Shown: one piece after another, positions 46,790-56,283 of the stretch | How positions within the stretch are numbered: position 1 is the stretch's first letter | Layout of the letters: every line of letters begins with the position of its first letter | Assembly (NCBI GenBank): GCA_041639695.1 | Contig: JBEQBQ010000005.1 | Coordinates: 1-63,413, forward strand | Length of the DNA stretch: 63,413 nucleotides | Direction of reading: 5' to 3' | Source: Candidatus Nanohaloarchaea archaeon | Lineage (GTDB): Archaea; Nanohalarchaeota; Nanosalinia; Nanosalinales; Nanosalinaceae | Position numbers and translations under genes: made by a program | The notes under the pieces: generated by a model | Told to the model about the DNA's origin: nothing | The model's input: the letters and a program-made list of their open reading frames with translations, nothing else | Databases searched by the model: none

Positions 46790-47980
46790 TCATTCTTTCG
46801 ACACGATCTCTCCATGGCCGATAAGACGCCATCTAGAGCCTATCTGGCGTGAAATCGCGACCCTGTCACCTTCTTCTGCGCATACAGGCACTTTCAAGTC
46901 GACTTTAATCCTGTCGCCGGCTTGAGTTACGTAACCTGCTGACTTGCCTGTGCCAACGTTAAGCATCAAAGGTTCTTTCTCCTTTATGTTCTCGATCTCT
47001 TGCTCGTTCTCAGAACCGACCAAACGGTCCATCAGCTCTACGTCCACAGTTATATTGTAAGTGACTTCTGGAAGTTCGCCTTCACGTCCCATAACGTTTC
47101 CTGAAAGCCCGTCCGATTTACCAAGTGAAGGATCTAATTTTGTTTCGACTGCTAGAAGCCCTCCAGGCTTGCCTTTCTCCACAGGGTTTCCTCCATGGAA
47201 AATGTTGGATACTTCTGTCTTTACAGGCTCCCATTCGTCTTCGCCGACTTTTACTCCAGGTCGGATCTCCACCTTTTCGCCTTTCTCAAGCTCGCCTTTT
47301 GTCAGCGAACCGCCTACTACTCCGCCTTTTATGTCGGATATATCACTGCCAGGCTTGTTGATGTCAAAAGACCTTGCGAGAAGCATTTTTGGATCTGCTC
47401 CGTTATCTCTTTCCGGAGTGGGAATCTCTTCATCTACTGCTTCAAGTAATGCGTCAATATTAACCTGTTGCTGTGCAGAAACAGGGATGATAGGTGCGTC
47501 CTCTGCTACAGAGCCTTCCAAGAACTCTTGAATTTGCTCGTAGTTCTCTCGAGCTTCCTCTTTTGATACTTTATCGATCTTGTTCTGAACAACCACGATG
47601 TTTTCTACTCCCGCAATATCTAGAGCGGCAAGGTGCTCACGTGTCTGTGGCTGAGGACATTCCTCATCGGCAGCAACTAGAAGGATTGCACCGTCCATTA
47701 TTGCTGCGCCGGATAGTACGTTTGCCATCAGTGTCTCGTGTCCTGGTGCATCGACAAGAGAAACTGTTCTCTCTACATCTCCGTCTCCGTCGACGTTCAG
47801 CTCTCCGTCATCATTATAGTATGTGATGTCGGCGTATCCGAGCTTGATAGTGATACCTCTCTTCAGCTCTTCTGAGTGTTCGTCAGTCCATTTGCCTGAG
47901 AGAGCGTTTGTCAGGGTTGTCTTTCCGTGGTCTACGTGGCCTACAAGCCCGATGTTTACCTCGGGTATTTTGTCAGTCAT
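46790..47980 (-). CDS. eif2g: Translation initiation factor aIF2 gamma
   Basis: [27 protein letters not shown] and RWRLIG motifs. Confidence 0.97.
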   Translation of the reverse strand: MTDKIPEVNIGLVGHVDHGKTTLTNALSGKWTDEHSEELKRGITIKLGYADITYYNDDGELNVDGDGDVERTVSLVDAPGHETLMANVLSGAAIMDGAILLVAADEECPQPQTREHLAALDIAGVENIVVVQNKIDKVSKEEARENYEQIQEFLEGSVAEDAPIIPVSAQQQVNIDALLEAVDEEIPTPERDNGADPKMLLARSFDINKPGSDISDIKGGVVGGSLTKGELEKGEKVEIRPGVKVGEDEWEPVKTEVSNIFHGGNPVEKGKPGGLLAVETKLDPSLGKSDGLSGNVMGREGELPEVTYNITVDVELMDRLVGSENEQEIENIKEKEPLMLNVGTGKSAGYVTQAGDRIKVDLKVPVCAEEGDRVAISRQIGSRWRLIGHGEIVSKE

Positions 47981-48243
47981 AGTATAATTTCATCCTCCGG
48001 AACCTTGATAGTCTTTTCTTCGTTTGAAAGTCTGTACTTCTTGGAGGGGGAGAACGTAAAACTCTCCTCCACCTTGTACAGATTGTCTTCGTGAGTTACT
48101 CTGTCGCCTTCCTTGAACTGGAAGCCTCGTAATATTTCTATGTAGGACTCCACTTCCTGTGCGTAAGGTAGGGAGCCTACCTGTCTTTCCAGTTTGTTTG
48201 TCTTTCTATGGAGGCTTCGGTACCAGGATTCGTTCCTCGTCAT
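47977..48243 (-). CDS. Small hypothetical protein (SH3/KOW-like C-terminus)
   Basis: 88-aa ORF coupled to both neighbours by ATGA overlaps; contains FKEGDRV. Confidence 0.7.
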   Translation of the reverse strand: MTRNESWYRSLHRKTNKLERQVGSLPYAQEVESYIEILRGFQFKEGDRVTHEDNLYKVEESFTFSPSKKYRLSNEEKTIKVPEDEIIL

Positions 48244-48614
48244 TCCTCTTCTTCGTCTGAGAGTAGTTCTTCGATCGTTTCAGATCCTTCTTCAACAACT
48301 GTGGTGTTGAGTTGTTCGATTGCGTCCGATACCGTGTTTCCTCTTACGGACTTTCTTCTTCTCTCTCCTTTCTCTTTTGAGTCGATTCCTGCGCCTTCTT
48401 CTAGGAGGATTCTACGTCTTCCAGTTCCTTCGATTGATTCTCTCATCGGGAAGCCTTGCTTGTCGCTCCCGCCAGTGATCTCCAGTTTGTAACCTTCTAG
48501 GCCGATAATTCCGCCGTCAAAGCTTTCTCCTATCTTTTTTCCTGCAAGTTTTGAGGATTCTTCGGTTTCGATCTGATGTGTATTTCCGTCGTTGTCTCCG
48601 ACTGTAACCTTCAT
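48240..48614 (-). CDS. rps6e: 30S ribosomal protein eS6
   Basis: GKKIG, ITGGSDKQGFPMR and GERRRKSVRGN motifs. Confidence 0.97.
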   Translation of the reverse strand: MKVTVGDNDGNTHQIETEESSKLAGKKIGESFDGGIIGLEGYKLEITGGSDKQGFPMRESIEGTGRRRILLEEGAGIDSKEKGERRRKSVRGNTVSDAIEQLNTTVVEEGSETIEELLSDEEEE

Positions 48615-48719
48615 TATTTGTTCACCTTTGCTCAGTTCTGTTAGTTCCGAGCATCAAAGACCGGACTTCTAAGCTTTAAATATGAACACTTTTTATTCAG
48701 GCCCTTGGAAATACCGGTT

Positions 48720-50144
48720 ATGAGGAGTTCAGTGATTGATGATGTTATTGGAAGCTTCCTGAAGATATATTCGCTGGTGCTTCTCGTACCGTTTTTCGTC
48801 GGTATTTACTTCATGGATTCTGTTCTTACCGTGGCCGGTTTTGGACTTGCTTCAGTGGTTTCTCTAGGTCTTGGTTTAGGGCTTTCCGGTTCTGAAGAAA
48901 AACCGACTGTTTCAGAGGCGATGTTCGCAACTGTGCTAGGATGGGTACTCGCTATTATTCTCGGGGCTATACCTTTCATGAACCACGTTCCTATGATTGA
49001 CGCGATCTTTGAATCGAGCGCCGGGCTGACAACAACAGGTATTTCGCTGGTTCTCGAGCCTTCAAATCTTCCACAGTCTCTACTGTTTTGGAGAGGTTTC
49101 TCCCAGTGGATCGGCGGCCTAGGAATACTAACGTTCTTCATAGCAGTTGTCAGGGAATCCGGTGGTGTAACAAGGAGACTTTACTCCGCTGAGTCACACA
49201 AGACGGATTCGGGTTCAATAAGGCCTTCACTCAAAAAATCAATAGTTGATCTGTGGAAAGTTTACGGAGTAATGACGGTCTTGTTCGGTTTGATTTATCT
49301 CGGGCTTGGTATGTCAATCTTCGACTCCATCATGCATGTGTTCTCTGGTATATCGACTGGAGGATTCTCCACACAGGCAGCAAGTATCGGAGGCTTCTCT
49401 CTAGGCGTGCAGCTTGCTACAATACCGTTGATGCTTCTTGGCGGTGTCAACTTCGTGCTGCTGTTTAAACTTTTGAAGGCTGATATTAGGCCTTTGCTTG
49501 GCAGCTCCGAGTTCAAGTTGTATATGATGATCTTCGCAGCGGTAGCCTTAATGACCTCTACAGAACTATTTGTTGCATCAGGAAGTGCTCTAAGCTCTCT
49601 TCTACAGGGCAGCTTCAAGTCGGCAGCAGTGCTTTCCTCAACCGGTTACTCCACATTCTCCATCACCTCTCTTTCAGTAGCGTTACAAGTTGTTTTCTTA
49701 GCAGTCATGTTTGTTGGTGGTTCTCTAGGATCTACATCTGGAGGTTGGAAGGTCTTCAGGTTGAAAACTATGTATGAATCGTTAAAGGTTCGGCTGAGAG
49801 GCTACAAACTTCCGGAATCGGCAATCAACAAGGTAAAGATCGATGGGGAGATTGTCAACAACTCGACGGTTAGAACGATCTCAGTACTCTTCTTTACGTG
49901 GATCTCGATGATCTTCATATCCTCGCTTCTGGTTTTAGTGGCTGACGGTACAAGTTTCATGGCAGCGCTATCAGGTTCAATTTCAGCCGCGGGCAACATG
50001 GGCCCGGTCTACATGTCAGGAAATGAAATGCTGGCGCTTTCCGGGTTCACAAAACTTGTCTGGAGTTTCTTGATGCTTGCCGGCCGTCTGGAGATGCTTC
50101 CTTTACTCGCTATATTCAATACTGAGATGCTTAGCGGCGAGTGA
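48720..50144 (+). CDS. trkH: Trk potassium uptake membrane protein
   Basis: TTTG, QWIGGLG, STGGFS, GGSLGSTSGG.K, NMGP and MLAGRLE motifs. Confidence 0.95.
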   Translation: MRSSVIDDVIGSFLKIYSLVLLVPFFVGIYFMDSVLTVAGFGLASVVSLGLGLGLSGSEEKPTVSEAMFATVLGWVLAIILGAIPFMNHVPMIDAIFESSAGLTTTGISLVLEPSNLPQSLLFWRGFSQWIGGLGILTFFIAVVRESGGVTRRLYSAESHKTDSGSIRPSLKKSIVDLWKVYGVMTVLFGLIYLGLGMSIFDSIMHVFSGISTGGFSTQAASIGGFSLGVQLATIPLMLLGGVNFVLLFKLLKADIRPLLGSSEFKLYMMIFAAVALMTSTELFVASGSALSSLLQGSFKSAAVLSSTGYSTFSITSLSVALQVVFLAVMFVGGSLGSTSGGWKVFRLKTMYESLKVRLRGYKLPESAINKVKIDGEIVNNSTVRTISVLFFTWISMIFISSLLVLVADGTSFMAALSGSISAAGNMGPVYMSGNEMLALSGFTKLVWSFLMLAGRLEMLPLLAIFNTEMLSGE

Positions 50145-50177
50145 ATTTTTAAACTCAGACTATAATCTATACCTTTT

Positions 50178-50945
50178 ATGGAAGATAAAATAGAGAAATT
50201 GATCGAGGAAAAGGTCGAAGAAAGAGTCAGTGAGAGAGAGGAAGAGATCGAGAAACGTGTTGCGGAAAGAGTCAGGAAGAACCTTTCTCAAAACGGAAAA
50301 ACCTCTTTAAACCAGGAAATTTCCCGTAGAGGTTTTTTGAAGAAGGCTGGTTTGGGTGCTGCTGGTCTTGGTGTTCTTGGTATTTCTTCTGCTTCCGGTT
50401 TGAAGTTGACGGAGAGTGGTGTTTTTACTTCTGGTTCTAGAACCGGTGTTTTGACGAACTCGGGGACCGACACGGACGGTGGTGACGACTACCAGTTCCC
50501 CAACGCTGCGGACAACATCGACCTTCAAAATGACGGTTCGCTTAGGAATGTTGAGTCGGTCGATACTGACCACTTAGCTGGCAATGGTCGGCCTTATGCA
50601 ATTAACAACGACCTGTCAGACAGGACACGCACTTTGGTTGAGAGTGGAGAATCGACTCGCACGACCAAGACTTTGGTTGATTTGACCGATGGCCCTGGAG
50701 TTGTTTTAACGGCCTCTATTAGCGGCTACCAAATCCGCTCTCCCTCAACCGGCGAATATCACGGAGCGGACATTACTGTCGACGGAGTCACGACAGTGGT
50801 TTCCGGGGCACGGTCGCAAGACTCTGATGGCTCGGCACGCTCAACTTGGCAAATTGGCCCCGTCAAGTACGATAATAGTTGTAAAATAGAGTATGATCAC
50901 TCCGGAAGTGGTAATATCATCGTCGCTATTGCTGAGTCAATCTGA
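50178..50945 (+). CDS. Coiled-coil + twin-arginine signal + variable beta-rich tip protein (paralog B)
   Basis: SRRGFLKK plus h-region and SASGLKLT; 30/42 identical to 26513..27118 over that block, unrelated afterwards. Confidence 0.75.
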   Translation: MEDKIEKLIEEKVEERVSEREEEIEKRVAERVRKNLSQNGKTSLNQEISRRGFLKKAGLGAAGLGVLGISSASGLKLTESGVFTSGSRTGVLTNSGTDTDGGDDYQFPNAADNIDLQNDGSLRNVESVDTDHLAGNGRPYAINNDLSDRTRTLVESGESTRTTKTLVDLTDGPGVVLTASISGYQIRSPSTGEYHGADITVDGVTTVVSGARSQDSDGSARSTWQIGPVKYDNSCKIEYDHSGSGNIIVAIAESI

Positions 50946-51200
50946 TCCCTTCGCGGACCTACTGGGTGATACGACGCTTTAGAACCAGCACGATCTGATA
51001 CATCATGGTAGACACATCTGACGACTGGCTACGGCTGACCAGCCTGGGCGACGGGTCTACACGAGAGATCGCTCCGTTCGTCGACAAGGATCTCGCGCGT
51101 TGAGGGCGCCGGTGACTTCCGGAACAAGTATTTATTCCAGTATTCTTGGCCTAGTTCTGGAAGCGAACTTTAATATTCGGAGTTTTTCAACCACTTAGAT

Positions 51201-51860
51201 ATGTATGTAGTAATTGCCGGGATTACAACCCTTGGAAGAAAACTGGTCGAGAGCCTTGAGGATGACCATGATATCGTTGTTATTGACGAGGACCAGGATA
51301 AATGCGAGAGACTCTACTCTTCCTCGGGTGCAACCGTGATTAACAAGTCTCCTTCAAATATTACGGCTTTGGAGGATGCAGGTATCACGAAGGCCGATGT
51401 GTTGATCTCGGCGATGGACGATGATAACGAGAACATGGTTGTGTGTTCTCTGGCGAAGAAGTATGGGGTTCCTAAGGTTGTTTCTCGGGTTGAAAACGAT
51501 GAATATTTGGAAGCTTTCGAGATTGTCGGTGCAGAAGCAATTGCACATACAGATATTTTGCTTTCGGAGTTTCTTTCTTACGTTGAGCATCCTTATCTAC
51601 TGAAGTTAGCGAATCTTTCCAACAATCGTGAAATATTGAAGGCTTCGATTAAGGAAGGTTCAAGTCTTGAAGGAAGAACACCAAAAGAGATGCAGGACGA
51701 TGATAGGTTTCCGGATCGATTCAAAGTTGTTTCGGTTTTACAGGATGATAAAACCATTTCAGACGATCTCAACATCCAGTTGAACCAGGAAGATAAGATG
51801 ATTATGATAGGTCCTTCCGATCTCACTGATAAGCTGGATCGATATTTCCAGAAACAGTGA
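51201..51860 (+). CDS. trkA: TrkA-family potassium uptake regulatory subunit
   Basis: MYVVIAG, LEDAGI.KAD and D.EN..C.LAK motifs with an RCK C-lobe. Confidence 0.9.
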   Translation: MYVVIAGITTLGRKLVESLEDDHDIVVIDEDQDKCERLYSSSGATVINKSPSNITALEDAGITKADVLISAMDDDNENMVVCSLAKKYGVPKVVSRVENDEYLEAFEIVGAEAIAHTDILLSEFLSYVEHPYLLKLANLSNNREILKASIKEGSSLEGRTPKEMQDDDRFPDRFKVVSVLQDDKTISDDLNIQLNQEDKMIMIGPSDLTDKLDRYFQKQ

Positions 51861-51894
51861 AAGAATTGTTAATCTTATTCCATAATTAGTTTTT

Positions 51895-53322
51895 GTGACT
51901 GCTATAGTCTGGATCAGGAGAAGTCTCAGGGAGTATGATAATACTGCCTTAGTGGAGGCTTCGAAGGAGCACGATGAAGTTTTACCTCTCTATATTGTCG
52001 ATGAAACCTATTTTTCTGAGTCTGAACTCGGTTATCCAAGAGTAAGGTTCTGGCGCAGATCGCTTGAAAGGCTTAAAGCAGGTTTAGTGGAAGACGGAAA
52101 AGATCTAATTATAAGGGAAGGCAAGCCGGTCGAACAACTGAAGAATATAGTTGAGGAGACGGGTGCGGAAGTTGTTTACCACAATAGGGATTATTCGCCT
52201 TACTCGAAGAGAAGAGACTCTGAAGTAGAGGAAGAGCCTGATGTTCCGGTGAAAAGTTTCAAAGATATCGTGATGTTCGAGAAGGAGGAAATTCTTACTA
52301 ACTCAGGAACCCCGTATAAGGTTTACAGTTATTATGCTAAGAAATGGTTTAACAAGGATAAGAGAAGACCTGAGAAACCGGAAGAATACACTGTACCTGA
52401 AGTTGAATCTGATGAGGTACCTTCTCTGGAGGAACTGGGGTACGAAAAGCCAGATGAACTCGACTGGTATTGGGATCCGGGTAGAAAAGGAGGAAAAAAG
52501 AGACTGGAAGAGTTCAAGGACAAGGTCTGGAACTACGATGAGAACCGGGATTACGCATGGAAAGATTCGACTTCCAAACTTTCGCCACATCTAAAGTTCG
52601 GAACCGTTTCTATTAGAGAGGTTTTCTGGGAGGCGGAAAGAGTAAAGGCCCGAAAACCGGATATGGATGCTGAAGGGATCAAAACCTGGCAGGAGGAGTT
52701 GGCGTGGCGTGACTTCTACTTTCAGGTAATGTGGAACTTTCCTTACTGCGTCGAAAAGCCTTTCCTCGAGCAGTACGAAGATCTTGAATGGAGATCAAAA
52801 GAAGAAGCTGGAAAAGAGTGGGAACGTTTTATCGAAGGCAGAACAGGTTATCCGTTTGTCGATGCAGGGATGCGTCAACTAAAAAAGGAGGGCTGGATGC
52901 ATAACCGTTTGAGAATGGTCGTAACCAGCTTTGCCTGTAAAGACTTATGGATTGACTGGAAGGACTTGCATAGTTACTTCAAGAGGATGTTCGTTGACGC
53001 TGAACTCTCGGCGATGGTAGGCGGGATCCAGTGGGCCTACTCTATTGGTACTGATGCACAGCCCTACTTCAGGGTTTTCAATCCAAGAACGCAGGGAGAA
53101 GACTACGACCCTGAAGGCAAATATGTCAAGAAATACGTTCCCGAGCTTGAAGATGTGCCGGATCAGTACATCCACCGACCGCATGAAATGCCAAAGACTG
53201 TTCAGCATGACTCTGACTGTGTTATAGGAGAAGACTATCCTGAACCGATTGTTGATCACGATGAAAAGAGGAAGAAGTCGGTCTCAAGGTTCGAAGAGGT
53301 TAGGGACGATGAAGATAATTGA
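51895..53322 (+). CDS. phr: Class I CPD DNA photolyase
   Basis: WIRRSLR..DN, TSKLSPHLKFG, WRDFY, GRTGYPFVDAGMR, WMHNRLRM and YFRVFNP motifs. Confidence 0.95.
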   Translation: MTAIVWIRRSLREYDNTALVEASKEHDEVLPLYIVDETYFSESELGYPRVRFWRRSLERLKAGLVEDGKDLIIREGKPVEQLKNIVEETGAEVVYHNRDYSPYSKRRDSEVEEEPDVPVKSFKDIVMFEKEEILTNSGTPYKVYSYYAKKWFNKDKRRPEKPEEYTVPEVESDEVPSLEELGYEKPDELDWYWDPGRKGGKKRLEEFKDKVWNYDENRDYAWKDSTSKLSPHLKFGTVSIREVFWEAERVKARKPDMDAEGIKTWQEELAWRDFYFQVMWNFPYCVEKPFLEQYEDLEWRSKEEAGKEWERFIEGRTGYPFVDAGMRQLKKEGWMHNRLRMVVTSFACKDLWIDWKDLHSYFKRMFVDAELSAMVGGIQWAYSIGTDAQPYFRVFNPRTQGEDYDPEGKYVKKYVPELEDVPDQYIHRPHEMPKTVQHDSDCVIGEDYPEPIVDHDEKRKKSVSRFEEVRDDEDN

Positions 53323-53677
53323 ATGGTTTAGATCAAGGTTTTCAAGGCTTTCTACAGCGCTTTTGCTTGTTTTCTTGGGCTTTGCCACTTCTTTCGGTGT
53401 TGACGGTTACCTGAACATGATTCCGGGTTTTTCCATGGCTTCCGCAGCTATTTTACTTGTCTCAAGCCCCAGGGATGACAGTCTCAGTAATGCGGTTGCC
53501 GGATTTCTCTTCGGTTCGTGGTTCATGTTGGTGTTTGCGGAGATCACAGCTCCTGTGCTCGCAGCACTTTTTGTCTGCTTCTTTTACTTCATGTTTGAGG
53601 CCGATCACAAGATTACGGTTGAGCTATGGAATGAGTCCGACCTGGCTTCTGATTCCGGGCAAAAACCGGAGAAATAA
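53309..53677 (+). CDS. Small membrane protein
   Basis: About 4 hydrophobic segments from ATG 53309. Confidence 0.65.
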   Translation: MKIIEWFRSRFSRLSTALLLVFLGFATSFGVDGYLNMIPGFSMASAAILLVSSPRDDSLSNAVAGFLFGSWFMLVFAEITAPVLAALFVCFFYFMFEADHKITVELWNESDLASDSGQKPEK

Positions 53678-53735
53678 CTGGAGGCCGAAAAATTTACTTA
53701 AACATTCAAATCGAACCCATGTTTAGTGATACATT

Positions 53736-55883
53736 ATCAGTCGCGGCAAGCTTAAAGCCGGAGCACTCGCAATCTTTGCAACCCTTTTCATAGTACATGC
53801 AGCCGCAGTGGAATGGAACGACCCTTCCTCGGACGGAGACTTTGACTCGGATGTCTTTCTCCAGGTCGATACATCCAGCATAAACTACGACTTCAGTGGA
53901 GGCAATCTCACACTGTACGCAGAGTATCCCGGGGACAGTTCCTTTACTCAGGTAACAGGCTTTAACAGACAGAGCAGTTCCAACTATACTACTGAACTCA
54001 CTTTAGGTAATATCGGTTCTTCTGGGGAATATGTTCTCAAGGCAACCGCTTTCAACTCCTCAGGCGATAATATAGGTTCGACACCGGAACTAGCTTTGAC
54101 CCTTGATAACAAGGCACCTTCCATCACATTAGCGGATGATGACTATGTTGGAGAAGATCCAACTATTTCAGTAGAAGTCTCCGATGAAAATACAGGTGTA
54201 GACAGCTTTTCTGTAGATGCTACGGATGATGCTTCGATCGAGGATGATGGAGACTTTGATTCATGCGATGCGGATGAAACATGTACGGTTGATGTTCAGG
54301 TCGATACTTCGGATTTAGATTCTGGGGGTTCCTTCGACCTTGACGTAGATGCTACCGATGATGTTGGAAACCAGGCATCAAGCTCTGAGACCTTTGAATT
54401 TGATACAGAGTATAATGGAGATACTTCACCGTCCTTCGATCCGGAAGAAGGAAATATTCTGTTGACCGACGATGATGACCAGACTTTGGAGATTACATTA
54501 GAAGGTCAAGGAGATGACGCCGAGCAGACTGATATAACGGTAAAATGCTTTGACGAAGACGATGACGAGTTTGACTCGGACACCCAGGATGTAGACGAAG
54601 AGGACTCAACAACTTTCGACTGTGATGTGGAAGGAGATGAATACGCCGGTACAACTCAGGATGTCTATGTTGAAATGTGCGACCAGGCAGGAAACTGTGA
54701 AGAATCCGATACAAGAACTTACAGCTTTGACGCAAGTCCTCCGGTTTTAACGGATGTTGAGACGGCGTCAGAAGTCACCTCGTTTAACTCTGACTTCGAC
54801 GTCAACTTTGAAGCCGCAGATGATGCCTCCGGAGTCGACGAGCTAGAATATTACTTCTCGAGCTCGACGGATGAAGGAGATGGAACTGCTATTGACTATT
54901 CAAGCGACTCAGCAAGCTTCAACGCCGATACTTCAGGTCTATCAAAAGGAGAACAAACAATTTACGTGAGAGCGAAGGACAACGCAGGAAGATGGAGCGA
55001 ACCAGAACAGATAGGTTTCAATTTTTACCCCAACGCCAATCCTCAGGTCAGCCTGAGCTCTGACTCAAGTATTGAGGTAAATGCGGGAAGCTCGAAAACC
55101 TTGACAGCAACGATCGAAAACACAGGCAAATTCTACATAGGTTCTTTGGAATTCTCGGCTTCTTCGCCAATCTTCAGCGACTCCCAAACGATTTCTGACC
55201 TAGGTATAGGTGACACGGTAAATGTAAATCTTGAGATAAGTCCTGCTGAACAGGATATTGGAAGCTATGATCTCCAGCTATCCACCTCAAGCCCTTCAAG
55301 CTCCAAGACCGTTGATCTCAGGATAAAAGCTAATCAGGAACAAAGATCCAGTATTGAATCAGACTTTCAGTCACGGCTCTCGAAATTCAACAAACTCAAA
55401 TCCAATATAACCGAATTGAGGACAAAAGTAGGGAAGGAAATGTCGAAGGGCCTTGAAGCTAACTTCTCCGAACTCAACCAGTCTATGAACAACGCACAAA
55501 AGGCGATGGAAAATGGTAACTACTACAAAGTCGAGTCCGAGCTTTCGAATCTTGATGGAGAGTACTCGAAAGCATCACAGACATATAATGCTGTGAAAGA
55601 GGATTACCAGAGTTCTCGGACCGCGATGATTTTCATGATCCTATTCGGGGTTGTGCTTGTAGGTGGTGTTGGAGCAGGAGCCTTCCTGATCTACTCCGAT
55701 GAGTTTGATGTAGGGATTGAACCTGAGGACCTGAAGGAGATTGGATCCGACGTTGACATGAGTTCGGTTGGAGAGATTAAGGAATCTGTAGAGTCAAAGA
55801 TCGAGGAAATTACTGACTCTGACGGATCAGAAGCCTCTTCTGAAGAAGGGGGATTCGAGTGGGACGGTTTCAAGGATAGTTAA
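53736..55883 (+). CDS. Cell-surface glycoprotein: signal peptide, Ig-like/CARDB repeats, coiled coil, TM anchor, acidic tail
   Basis: In-frame signal peptide ISRGKLKAGALAIFATLFIVHAAA upstream of the track's GTG; D.AGN/D.VGN Ig-like motifs, IENTG and a C-terminal TM. Confidence 0.8.
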   Translation: MSRGKLKAGALAIFATLFIVHAAAVEWNDPSSDGDFDSDVFLQVDTSSINYDFSGGNLTLYAEYPGDSSFTQVTGFNRQSSSNYTTELTLGNIGSSGEYVLKATAFNSSGDNIGSTPELALTLDNKAPSITLADDDYVGEDPTISVEVSDENTGVDSFSVDATDDASIEDDGDFDSCDADETCTVDVQVDTSDLDSGGSFDLDVDATDDVGNQASSSETFEFDTEYNGDTSPSFDPEEGNILLTDDDDQTLEITLEGQGDDAEQTDITVKCFDEDDDEFDSDTQDVDEEDSTTFDCDVEGDEYAGTTQDVYVEMCDQAGNCEESDTRTYSFDASPPVLTDVETASEVTSFNSDFDVNFEAADDASGVDELEYYFSSSTDEGDGTAIDYSSDSASFNADTSGLSKGEQTIYVRAKDNAGRWSEPEQIGFNFYPNANPQVSLSSDSSIEVNAGSSKTLTATIENTGKFYIGSLEFSASSPIFSDSQTISDLGIGDTVNVNLEISPAEQDIGSYDLQLSTSSPSSSKTVDLRIKANQEQRSSIESDFQSRLSKFNKLKSNITELRTKVGKEMSKGLEANFSELNQSMNNAQKAMENGNYYKVESELSNLDGEYSKASQTYNAVKEDYQSSRTAMIFMILFGVVLVGGVGAGAFLIYSDEFDVGIEPEDLKEIGSDVDMSSVGEIKESVESKIEEITDSDGSEASSEEGGFEWDGFKDS

Positions 55884-56224
55884 AGCGCCCTCTCGGCATT
55901 CTTAAACTTCTCTTTAAACAACCCCTTGTCTCTTGAGGTCGTTATTATTTCTCTAATATCGGAGGAGAACTTCTTGTTCTGTGCTGCGTTCGAAACTGTA
56001 TCATCTAGAAGAATGTCTATCTGTGGGTCTGATTTGAGTTTTTCGACAACATTCGAGTCTGAGCGCTTGCCTTTCAGGTACTGTGATACTGCGGGCTGTG
56101 TTACATCCAGTTTGGCTGCTATTTCTTCCTGGGTGTAGCCGTAGTCTGACTGGAGCCTGTCGGCTATTATCTTTCTGATCGCAGGCAGTATATCTTCGGC
56201 CACTATCTCCGACTCGAACCTCAT
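55880..56224 (-). CDS. HTH transcriptional regulator
   Basis: LPAIR...YTQEEIAAKLDVTQPAVSQYL.GKR. Confidence 0.9.
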   Translation of the reverse strand: MRFESEIVAEDILPAIRKIIADRLQSDYGYTQEEIAAKLDVTQPAVSQYLKGKRSDSNVVEKLKSDPQIDILLDDTVSNAAQNKKFSSDIREIITTSRDKGLFKEKFKNAERAL

Positions 56225-56283
56225 ACAAAAAAATATAACGGCGTGATAATCTAATAAGCTTTGGAGTCCTAACAGTTCAAGTA

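Noticed and set aside
50330-50455. A-depleted G/T-rich stretch suggesting a DGR variable region
   Set aside because: No template repeat or reverse transcriptase in the window, a similar skew occurs in trkA, and the stretch encodes the conserved Gly/Ala signal.
56256-56275. Possible operator half-site TAACAG upstream of orphan 56284, with similar weak cases at 1566 and 20028
   Set aside because: Only one half matches and the spacing differs, so these were not counted in the regulon.
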